Below are positions 1 through 10,900 of a stretch of 64,000 bases of DNA, one piece after another. The notes below the pieces were generated by a model. The model ran no database searches and had not been told where the DNA came from. It worked only from the letters and a program-made list of their open reading frames with translations. Position 1 is the stretch's first letter. Every line of letters starts with the position of its first letter. The stretch is from the NCBI GenBank assembly GCA_012295275.1, contig CM022673.1, positions 19,654,001 through 19,718,000 of the forward strand. Reading direction: 5' to 3'. Origin of the DNA: Chrysomallon squamiferum. Lineage: Eukaryota; Animalia; Mollusca. A program made the position numbers and the translations under genes.

Positions 1-594
1 TTGTGTGTTTTTTTATTTATAATTTGCACATGTTTAAATCAACAAATATTGGAATCAGCTATTTGTAGTTGTTGTTTTTTAGAATGCTAGACCTCATTAA
101 TTCAGTAATATTTTAATAGTTTTTAAAACAGCAGTGTACTAGAGAATTATGCATGAAACTACTCTGGTTTTACTATTGTTAAAATCATTGTACCTGTGTA
201 AGTTTATTATAAATATTGTGATATGTGTTTTGATAACAGTTTGTTAACAGTTAAATTTCCAGGAATGTCTTTTGAGATACTGAAAAATGTTGGTGTAAAA
301 ATAACAAAGCTGGATTGAAGAATAGTGAAACAGAAGGGAAATTAGTTATAGCATTTATAATTCCTGGTATTTTTATTTGATTCTATAGAAAGTAAAGGCT
401 AAAGATATAATTTTCTTTGTCTACTTAAGATACATAATAAATTTAGTTTTAATTCCACTTTACTGTATTTCACAGATGAAAGTTAAGTGCCTTTTTGCAG
501 AACATATATTTTGTTAAGTAGTTGCTTCAAAACCATGAAATTATGTTTTTGCCTTTATTTCGTTGTTATTTTATTTACTTTTCTTATTTTTCAG

Positions 595-670
595 TTTTTA
601 TGACAGAACACTTGAAAGTCTCAGTCAGTTGAATTTGAGTCTTACTCTATTACAGGACACCAGCTATTAA
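595..670 (+). CDS. Putative terminal coding exon of an unidentified gene starting upstream of the window
   Basis: Pyrimidine tract plus CAG acceptor (594), open frame FYDRTLESLSQLNLSLTLLQDTSY* ending TAA 668-670, then AATAAA at 669, 804 and 821. No family recognised. Confidence 0.4.
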
Positions 671-1879
671 TAAATGAAATATAGCTAATAGTTATTTCAT
701 TTCAAAATAATATATATTCATGTGTGTGTGTCTTTAATTTATCCTGTTACACTTATTATTTTTTATTTCTGAAAATATTATGATGTTTTCTAATTAATTT
801 ACTAATAAAAACATTGATCTAATAAAAGGTTTATTTTCTTTTTTCCACCAAATTATTTATTAGATTGTTTATTCTTTTATCTCAATTAAGTATATCAGTC
901 ATTTCCATGTATATAATAAATATATAAGTTCCTCTACAGTGTAGCATATACAAAATTAATTTTCAAAATACATTAGAAGAAAAACATGTAAGGCAAGATA
1001 CACATGAAATTTACTATATATATATTTATAAGTACATTAACAAAGGAATACACTTGATTTCATCCTCATTTGACAAGAAACATAGAGGTCTTAGAAATAT
1101 ACAATGACAAAAACTACAAAATTACTTGAATAGCTTTCTTGTTCAGTTATATTTCAATAATGATTCACTTGGGAAAATTTTTTAATTAAAACATTGTAAG
1201 TATGTAATTATTTACTGTAATTATATAAATGATTTCTTTATGTGTTGTATTGTGAATCTGATGGAGTTGTTTTTGTTGAAACCTTTTCAATGTATTCCCC
1301 CTCTCTCTCTCTATAAATACACACACACACACACATACACATAAATGATGTGCAGTTGATATAGTTTCAACTAACAGACGGCCAAAACATTTTTCATTTT
1401 TCTTCTTTTTTTTTTCTTCTTTTAAGAACATAATACAAAAAAACAAAACAGATTCAAAGTATCATATAATTATACTGTTACCACTGAAATTCTCCCAGGA
1501 CTGGCTTCTGCCTATTACAAACAATGATTGCAAAACTCAAGAAGGGATGAATACTTTATTGGCAAATCGTGATTTTATTTTATGAACAGTAATGACATTT
1601 CCATCATACTATTTTAACATTGCTTGTTCAGTAAAATATAAGCAAAAACTACATATAGATTTTTACTGAATAAACTGGATTGAAATATTCATTCATTTAC
1701 CGTTATTTTCCACTTGTGAGTTGCAGAAACTGTTGGCCTAAGATGTTGATAGTACATTTGTTTGTCTTAAGTGAATTTGCAATGTACGTTGTCCAGTGTA
1801 GCATGTTTTACACAGTGTGTGATGAAAGTAGTGTCCTTTTGTTATTTATTCATTTTTCCTGAATGATATATACATATAC

Positions 1880-1916
<37 letters not shown>

Positions 1917-2324
1917 AGTTGATCACGTCCGTTACAGTACTAGAATTATTTTGTACATTTGTGTTGAAATTAATGTAAAGAAAAATTAAGTGTGTAAATA
2001 CTAATGTATAATATATATATATATATATACACATACACACAGGAATGCTATATGTTGTTTCAATGATACTAATTTTTCAAACCTGTATATTTGAAAAATC
2101 TTGTAGTGAAATGTAAGAATATTTGATTTTAAATCCATATGTAAATTATAATGTATTAATGTGCTGTATTTGTATTTAAAACTTTAATAGGCTATGGTTA
2201 GCCAATGGTGGATTATTAGAATTGTAAAAAGATGCCTTTTGTAACCTGAGAATCTCTTCTTACCAGAAGATGAGGATTAATCAATGACAATATTTAAATC
2301 CAGTAAGATGCAGTCACCCTAGTA

Positions 2325-4402
2325 TCATTTCCTAACAACAAGTTATATTAGCTGTAGTAAGATGGGAGTACTGAAATTTGTTAATCATCCAGTTCTAAAC
2401 ATAATTACTTACTGATTATAAAATGTATTTGTTATTCATTGTTGTGCAAATTAGAATAAAGAGCATTTCATGATGTATGAACTGGTGTTAAATTAAATCT
2501 TTTTTGTTCCTAGTAAAAATCTTCAGGGATGAATTTATCACATCAAAATGAGTTTCACCAATGGTATTATTTCTTTTAATGTTTAAAAACATCTGGAAAA
2601 CAACGCAAGTGTTTTATTCTAAACCTGTAACTTGTGGATATGTCTGTGGGTCTGTATTGAAGGACTGACATTTCATAGGAGTGACGTAAATACCATATTA
2701 AAGGAGTGACATTATATCGGTGTGACCTAACAGTGGAGTGACAAAGTATAATTAAAACTGTATTTAAAAAAAAAAAAAATTATAAAAATTATTAAGATTT
2801 TATTTAAAAAACAAGAACCACTGAATTGTTAATATATTTTAAACTTGTTTACATTTCTTCAACTGAAATGCAAATTGTGCATAATTCAACGAAGGTATTT
2901 GTTGAAAGAGACAGTTCTCCTGACAACAGTTGCAAACCCCTCCTCTGTTCTTTCTTCTTCTTTTTATAATTATTCCCTGCAATCAGTCACTCAACCTTTT
3001 GGTTTGTGTGGTGCTTTTCTTTTATGAATTCCTTTATCACTGAATAAACTCCCAAGTGATAATGATAAAGGATTTCATAAAAGAAAACCACCACACAAGC
3101 TGGATGGTTGGATGATTGTCACTCCTTTGAAATTTATATATGAATTTTCACTTCTTTGAATAGAACAAGTGCCTGCATGTTTATCTTCCCCATCCCAGGA
3201 AACGTTTTTATGATGCCAACCAAAGTTTACATTTCCATGTGTTCTGTACTTTGTTGATTTTAAATCTATTTACCTTTGTAATATAGAAAACAAATGTCTG
3301 AGAAGTCTATGATACAAAAATACTTTGAATCATAGACAAATTGATATAACAAAGAAAAACAATCAGGCTTCATTTTTTTTTTTCACAACACTTCATTGCC
3401 ATACTTTATTACTAATAAAAGCTTACCTCCTGAAACAATGCATCAAATGTCTAGCAACCATAACAATGTGGAAATAAGCATCAGAAAAATATGTTCCAAT
3501 GTGACAAAAATATGGAGGCTTTAAACTTGAAAACATCATACTAAACAGTTAAATACATTTATATCTGACATAAATTTCAGTGATTAAATTTGTAAATGGA
3601 TTCCTGTCAAACAGTCATTTGGAAGAAAAATATTGTTTTAATCACCATCTTTATATCCTTATAGCTTACAGTAGAAAAGCAATGATTTCATATCGCAGTG
3701 CTAATTTTATTTTAGCTAACACTTGATAAAATAAATTTAAAATCAGAAAAAATCAAATAAAACTTCAATATTCAGTTAACAAATTGGTGATCACTATAAA
3801 GTGTCAACAGTAGAATTAAAAACTGCATCCAACACAGGCAATACAAACACAATGAGTATAAATAACTGAACTTTGTGTTCCTCTTAGAAATAAACTGAAA
3901 TGAATATTTCATTTTCAGATATCTATTCAAACATACACACCCAATTATTCAAACATACACACCCAAGAAAAAACAAACAAACAAACAAACAAACAAAATA
4001 AATAAATATAAATGTATATTATTCAATATAATAGCAAATTCGAATTACATATTTTTAACTTTTCATTAAAAATCTACTCCAGGCAACATCAGGACAAAAT
4101 GTATAGGATAATGATAATTCCAAAAGTTGTTCATCTTTATCAAAGAATCAATATGTAAAAAAAAAAATATAAATAAATATAAAATAAATAATTAAAATTA
4201 AAATTTAAATAATACAAAAAAATACTCTATATCACATTTAAAGAATATAACTATTAATAGTATTATGTTAGAATTAGTGAATACATACGTATTCATTCGA
4301 CATACCCTCTTAACTAGTATTACATTTGACGTTTATTCTAAAGATCTATCCCACTCCCAGTGAAAATATTTATAAAACATTTTGAACTGGAAAATAAAAG
4401 CA

Positions 4403-4438
<36 letters not shown>

Positions 4439-4568
4439 TAATTAATTAATAACAGTAACCATTTAATTCTTGCAATTACTAGATGTTTAAATTTTCTGGC
4501 TGGTAATACATTGATAATAATCTTCAATCATACATATTCTTTCTGTCAAACTCTTACACATTTAACAT
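2325..4568 (-). CDS. Spliced 54-aa small ORF, or lncRNA with a short ORF
   Basis: Exons 4568-4558, 3540-3427, 3306-3274 and 2331-2264 (TGA 2327-2325), all GT-AG and all phase 2: MLNVMMFSSLKPPYFCHIGTYFSDAYFHIVMVARHLMHCFRRLLRHLFSILQRK*. A non-coding last exon starts at 1858, with AATAAA near 1560. No homology recognised. Confidence 0.35.
2655..3162. mobile_element. Non-autonomous DNA transposon (MITE) with GGAGTGAC subterminal repeats, possibly Mutator-derived
   Basis: GGAGTGAC occurs three times at 2678-2742 and inverted (GTCACTCC) at 3118-3125. Imperfect TIR tattgaaggactgacatttca / tattcaaagaagtgaaaattca. Internal 38-bp inverted repeat. Confidence 0.5.
4402..4438. repeat. (AAT)n microsatellite
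   Basis: AAT run seen directly; similar (TA)n, (CA)n and (AAT)n tracts occur at ~1886, 23240, 41269 and 56599. Confidence 0.9.
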
Positions 4569-4569
4569 G

Positions 4570-4830
4570 ATTAGTGGGCCGGTTCCGCAATGCGGTGATT
4601 TCGAGTTATGTCTCTTGATTTGTCGTTAGATGCCGCTGCGCAAACCACTTCCGGGGAGTAAAAACCACATTGGCTATTGGGAAAAACACATCACGACGAA
4701 GCAAATTGTTATCAACAAAACATACTCTAAATACCCGCGACATAAGTCTGTTGACACGTCGATAACTGAACAGTATCTCTCCACTCATCACTGATTGATT
4801 GCAGAGCTAGAGGTAAGATTTCATTACGAA
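4570..4830. promoter_or_regulatory. CpG-rich, probably bidirectional promoter
   Basis: Local CpG enrichment, ETS site ACTTCCGG 4647-4654, two ATTGG (CCAAT) boxes at 4669-4673 and 4676-4680. Splice donors point outward on both strands (minus 4557 GTAAGA; plus 4813 GTAAGA). Confidence 0.55.
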
Positions 4831-5459
4831 ACCATTAAATTATTTATCCAACATACTCTGTTAGTAAACAAACTCTGTAAACATTAAAACACTGAAACGG
4901 TTACAAACTGAAACTAACAAAGGACTTTGACTTTGCCCAGCGTGTCGGATGTGGTCACCTCGTTCGTATTCCCTGTGGAACACGTATAATATCCGCTCCA
5001 CATTGCCATATAAAAAAGTTAAATATAACAGTTAAAGGAAGAAAACATTACTCAATTCGTCGTTCTTAAAATCGGCATACAATTTAAAATGGTAAAACAT
5101 TTTTAATTGTACTTTTTCAGGTATGCCAGACACCTCGGCCCCGGGACAGTCTTGTCTATTGTTAGATAAGTGTGGTTTTTTAAATTAAAGTATTCTCACC
5201 GAAATAAAAGAATGTGTTTTCGTTAATACTGAATTAGTCACACCTTAACCTAAACCTCCCGAAACGAAGAGGCATGTTGGATTGATATATTGCTGATCCA
5301 TTTAGTTTCCGGTGTTCGAATAATTTGTTTTTGTTCTACAGTCGGTGACCTAAACACTGGAGATGATCCCAGAAAAAAACATGCAAAATTTCTTTATCAT
5401 ACTTTATCATAGTAATAACTAAGCTTCCTGACTTCCAGTGAGTAGCTAATGAACAAGCA

Positions 5460-5750
5460 AATGATATCACCCTTCAGACGTTGTGTTGTTATTTTACCTG
5501 CTATTAAAAGGTAAATCCAATTGCAGCAGTAAATTCAAACATCACCCAACTGCAGATGTGGACTCTCCGAAATGATGAAACACTACTCGTTTCACTCTAA
5601 AAATTTCGCCAAGGAAAGACAAGCACTATGCAACATATTGGAGGAACTAAAAATTGAGTTCACGCTCAAAAACATCTTGGCACAAAAGACAGAGAGTTAG
5701 TCCTCATGCAGGAACAATATACATTCTGAACACAAAACAAACTTTAGACT
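5460..5750 (+). mobile_element. Decayed 3' end of a non-LTR retrotransposon ORF2 (C-terminal CCHC knuckle, I/Nimb/R1-like)
   Basis: Translates as SPNCRCGLSEMMKHYSFHSKNFAKERQALCNILEELKIEFTLKNIL, matching the SPxCxCGxxETxxHxxxxC...R..L C-terminal motif. Confidence 0.65.
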
Positions 5751-6375
5751 CTTGGAGTTGAAAGTTTCAATTTTTTTTTTTTAAATTTTTATGACACAAA
5801 AACAAAGAATCGAATGAATTTATTGACTTACAGATTGGTCGGTTGAACAGCTGGTGGATCAGTGGATGGTTCAGCTGATTGACAGATCAGTTTCAATAGC
5901 CAATTAAATTAACAATTAAAAACAAAACTATACATACTTAATTTCAGACCATACTAACATGGTTTAGGGGTTTTTTTTTTGTTTTTTAAAATGTACATAA
6001 TTAATGTAAATAAGTTAACAACATTTATGTTCTCATTTTTAGCTCCAGGTGTTTATAGCATCTTTTAAATAAATAAAAAGACCACTGGCAAAAAAAAAAA
6101 AAAAAAAAAAGTTCGGAATTGTTGGACCAGAAGGAAGCAAGCCAAAAAGAACAAGGAAACATCAACAGCAGCAGAGAATAGAACAAACAAACAGGGCGCA
6201 ACCAACACGGACCTGGTGATGAATAGGAGACCTTAGACAAGTGCCGGAAAAACAAGGAGCGGATAATGTCTACGAAACATCAGAACCGACTTGTTACGAT
6301 CTGATATGTTGGACATTCCCTTGTGTTCTGCAATCATATTGAGAACCCACTCTCTATCCTTACCCAAAATTCTTT

Positions 6376-6459
6376 TCTGTGACAGACACAGCCGTCGTAG
6401 ACTAGCTTCACAACAGCTTGCTCAGATTAGCAGGTTAATTTTTTTCAGTTCAGTTCAGT
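6376..6459 (+). mobile_element. SINE-like 3' fragment (copy 1)
   Basis: tctgtgacagacac...gcttcacaacagcttgctcagattagca plus (ttcag)n tail; clearly homologous to 8394-8502. Confidence 0.6.
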
Positions 6460-6879
6460 AGATCACTATTGTTGAATGTGTATATCTGTTATCGGCCAGG
6501 TGTTAAACCTAGTCACACAAACCTGGTATGTACATGACTGTATAGTTATATGTGTATAATTTTATGACATTGTGATGTATATGAATATGTTAAACATTAC
6601 TAGTGAATGTATTAGGAAATTGTATAATTGCATGAAAGAATAACATGGTGTGATGTGTATTGTTTGATAGGAACCATGTATTAGCGGTATGTGGCAAGAT
6701 AGATATGTTTAATTATTTATGACAGTCATGGGAATGTCATGCATTATATATATGTATTTCTTATTGTAATGTCATGTATTCTAGTCTTGTTAAATTTTAA
6801 TTTATTGGTTTGTTTCAGGGTTTTAAACATACATTCGTAACATTCGTTACATTGTAACATTGTTTGTAATGTCAAATAA

Positions 6880-7427
6880 AAAACCAGACGGTATTAATCA
6901 TACAATATCATGCAGTATCCACGTTTTATTCGGTAAATAGATACCTAAATAGAGAACTATATCAATTAAATAATTTTTGTGAAAACCAGACTGAGTATTT
7001 AAATAAAACGTCCCCACTATAACCAGACGGTAATTAAATTTCGCGCAAAGCAAGCGGTACAAACCGGAAGTGAGGAGGATTCGCGGAATGGGACGATAAC
7101 TCTGAATAATTACATTGCCAATGGTATAACTTCTGTTCTTTTACAGCGACCCTTGGCCAGTGTTTCGTCAACAATATTATTTTTCCTGAAATTGCATGAA
7201 AAAATTGCCATTATTTTTCATGTTCCTACAACAGAATATTGAAAAATTAATTTCAACTCATTTTATGACGTAACAAAATTTCAAAATTTATTTATTAATA
7301 ACATGATATAAATAAAATCTGTTGTCGACTGGTTTTGACTCGTCATGAAATCGGAAAGTTTGTTACCCGCATTGTGAGCACGTATTTACTAACTGATACA
7401 GCATACAGGCCTTAAGGCAGTAAAGCC
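6880..7427 (+). promoter_or_regulatory. OVCA2 promoter / 5' region
   Basis: CpG-enriched; E2F consensus TTTCGCGC 7039-7046; ETS ACCGGAAGT 7063-7071; AAACCAGAC(GGTA) motif occurs three times; lies directly upstream of ATG 7428. Confidence 0.55.
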
Positions 7428-7964
7428 ATGGAAATTAACGAAAGTGGTCTCTTGTTAAAGGTAAATATATTGGTGGGGAGTGACATAAAAAAGGGTCTAT
7501 TGCGAAAGAAATCGATATCTATCAACAACATAAGATTATATGAATTGACAATAAAGATTGAACTCTAACGAAGGAAAAACTCGGGGTCAGTGTTATCGGT
7601 AACTAATCAGAGAAATAGTAATTAAGATATTACATCAATACATGTAGTTACTTTGCCAAAACTATCCCTTCAAATAATTTTGTTCATTATGTAACAAGTA
7701 TTCAGAAGATTTGATAATAAATTTTTTTACTAAGTTGCAGTGTTACTCTTACTAGTTACTAAGTTAGGGTAACATCCTAAAAATATTTTCGTAGGAATGC
7801 TAACGCATTTTTTTATATATTGTCAAATGAAAATGTATTCTATGCCAATTAAAAGAAAACCAATACCAAACGTAAAAACAAAAACATGTTTTGACGATAA
7901 CTCTAATAGTTTAAAATCCGTTTTTTTTTTTTTTGTGTATTGCTATTTTGTTTTCACGTGGGAT

Positions 7965-7998
<34 letters not shown>

Positions 7999-10900
7999 AA
8001 AGAAGAAAGAGATCACCTTTAAGTCACCAAAAACGTATTTCAAAGATATCATTATCAAATGTACATTATCTATTCAATGAAGTGTCCTTTTTATGAAGAC
8101 CTTGATAGAGGTAAATTTACAGGGTTAAATATTATGTTTTAGACCTGTTTCAATTGATAGATGCAGCCGATCATATAGAGTTGCCTTTCCCGAGGGATCA
8201 TTTTTCTCTAATCAGGCGCTAACGCTTTACATTTAAGCTATAAATACTAGAGTTCTTTGCATAAATGCATTCTGTGACAGACATCTCCTGTCCCAGAACC
8301 CATCCCTGGCGATCCCAGAGATCGGATCCATGATAGGCGTGCCTGAACCTTGAATTGGACGTGGGCACGTAAAAAGAGTTTTCAATCAATCAATCTGCGA
8401 CAGACACGCCCGCTGACTTGTCAGAAAGCGTGCCTGTCGTAAACGTGCTTCACAACAGCTTGCTCTGATTAGCACATTAATTTTTTTTTCAAGGTTCAAG
8501 GTAGAATGTAAATGTTCCATTTAAATAATGTATTCAGTGTAATTGACCGTTTTCATTTTTTTGTTTTTTTTCTTCTAATATTCAGTTTTCATTTTTACTT
8601 ATTTCACTGTTTCGCTTTATTTTTGATTTTCATTTACGTCTTTTTAAGAAATTTCACTAACAAACTATATTTGATCAAATTCTGCCATAAAACATTCTGT
8701 AAATTAGCATAACAATCTGAGGTTGGAAATTCTCCGTTGCTGGAGGGGTGGAATGGTTGCGAGTGCCCCTAGCAATTGTTAGCATTGCTAATTTTAGTAT
8801 GAATACTAATACTAATAGTACCTGCAAAATGTGGCATTCTAAGAGAAGGGTGTCAAATACACTGATTTTTCTTTTCAAACAAAGAAATAATTAGATCATG
8901 AAATAAGGAAGTATATAATCACATAGTCTTGGCATGAATGTTTAAATTAATTTTAAATATCTCCCAGGATTAATAATATTGACATTTCAGAAAAATGAAG
9001 GACTAATCATGAGATGCCATTTTCAAAATGGCCACCATTGAATTTTAATACTGACTCAGTGACTGTGTCTTTGATGTAAATTAATGTATGAACCTTATTT
9101 CATGTTTTGTTGATTGTAGATTCTAATAAAACCATTTCTGTAGAAGTTAAGCCATTTTAATTTGCACAAACTCAGTAACTGAATCAAAATGGCCAGCATT
9201 ACAAACTAGAAGCAAGTCTTTGTTGATGAAAAATATTAATTACTCGCTAGTAAGATGCCTCAAAGGTAGAAAAAAATTAATTAAAATAGACCTTTCTTAT
9301 AAGCATCACATTGAAGAAGGCAGAAGAAAAAAAAAAACGGCCAACATATTCTACTTTTCATTTGCCTTTTTTTATAAATTAATGTGTGAATATTATTTTG
9401 GTGTCAGAGCAAATATGTTTGTTCCATATTTAAGTTTATTGTTCAAAGAATTAAATATTGGCCCTAAAAATATATATTTGTACGACAATTATATTAACTT
9501 GTGTTTGAAATTTGTTTTACCAATAGTCAAATTAAAAAGTTCAAATATGTAGTTACAATATAACAATCAATTTTATAATTAACAGTGGTATTTGTAAATT
9601 GTTGACAGATATCTCCAGTCATGCATTGGCATGTACACACTAATTTGTTTAAAGCTTATTTCTGACATTTGACCACTGTTAATTCTATCAGATTATTATG
9701 CAGCTGATTATTTTGACATTGAGGAGAGCCACGTAATAACAACAGTGCCCAACAGGAGAGGATAGATTTTGAAAAGGTTTCATAAAACATTTCCATGCTA
9801 GGGTTGGGACTGACAGTGTCTCCATGTGGTTTTAACCTATACATAGCACAAACAAATTCCTGACAAGATTTCATATCATTTATTGTCAAACCAAGATCTC
9901 TCCTAGTTGTTAATTTTGCTGGGATAATTCTGATATTTTCAGTATGGCAAAGGCTTATTTTTTTATATATATATTTGCCAAATAAGTCACATATGCTACT
10001 ATAACTTGTGAATGCATGGAAACCTGACAGGATAATGCACAACTTAGGTCCCAGCAATTTTGTGACATGACACACTGGTATGCAATGTGCTTTGTTTTTT
10101 TGTAACTTTTGAAACCACAACTAAAACAGTTTATGGCAATGTCTATTCCTGGAGAGTGTATTACTACTGTTGTATGATCAGTAGACAGATGAAATGCATT
10201 CAAGATCATCTGCCTTTTCATGATCTAATCTAAACTCATTTGCAACTATCCCAAATTTTTAAAACCACTTGCAAGAATAACTGGTTTATAATGCGACATT
10301 ACCTCAGGAGCTTATTATGCCATCTTCCATTGAAAAATGCTACAGAATTAACTTTTATTTTAGGTTTGCTAACATAATTTCCCCCACTGCCTTGGGATAG
10401 GAGTGTTTCCTCTTTATTTCTGCAGAAGATCCAAGTTAACATGGCCTCCTGTTTTGTAGCATTGTTACATTGTTGCAGCTTCCCCAATTTAATGGCATTG
10501 CAAAGACCTTCCAATATTTTCCAGCCAAGTCTTCAAATGTAAACCACAACTTGTCTTGTATCATTTGAATAGAAGCCATACCATCTATTACATTTGAAAC
10601 AGAACTTTGTTTGCACACATTTCAACTTTTGTCTCAAGATCCGTTAGCAAAACACTCTGAGTGTATTTCCAAAGTTTCCATCACTATGAGCCATATCTTT
10701 GGTCTTTGTTGCAATGGCAAGCAGCCAAAAAAAGTTATCCAAAAAGTTCTCTCTCTGATCTGATAATTTGAACTTTCTCACCTTTTACTTTAAATGTGCA
10801 TTTTATTATTATTATTATGTTGGTTTTTTGTGACAAGATTGCAAATGTTTTCAGTTTTAGCTGTGGTAGAAGTTCCAAAATCATTATGTATTACATCTAG

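Noticed and set aside
2332-4557. Minus-strand transcript as a C/D snoRNA host gene
   Set aside because: No properly spaced RTGATGA...CTGA pair with a recognisable rRNA antisense element was found in its introns.
4606-4791. 61-aa ORF in the supplied track
   Set aside because: Runs through the promoter motifs, uses a non-ATG first codon and has no recognisable homology.
4921-5010. Possible H/ACA snoRNA (GTGGA...TCCAC followed by ACA)
   Set aside because: The hairpin is too short and there is no two-hairpin/H-box layout.
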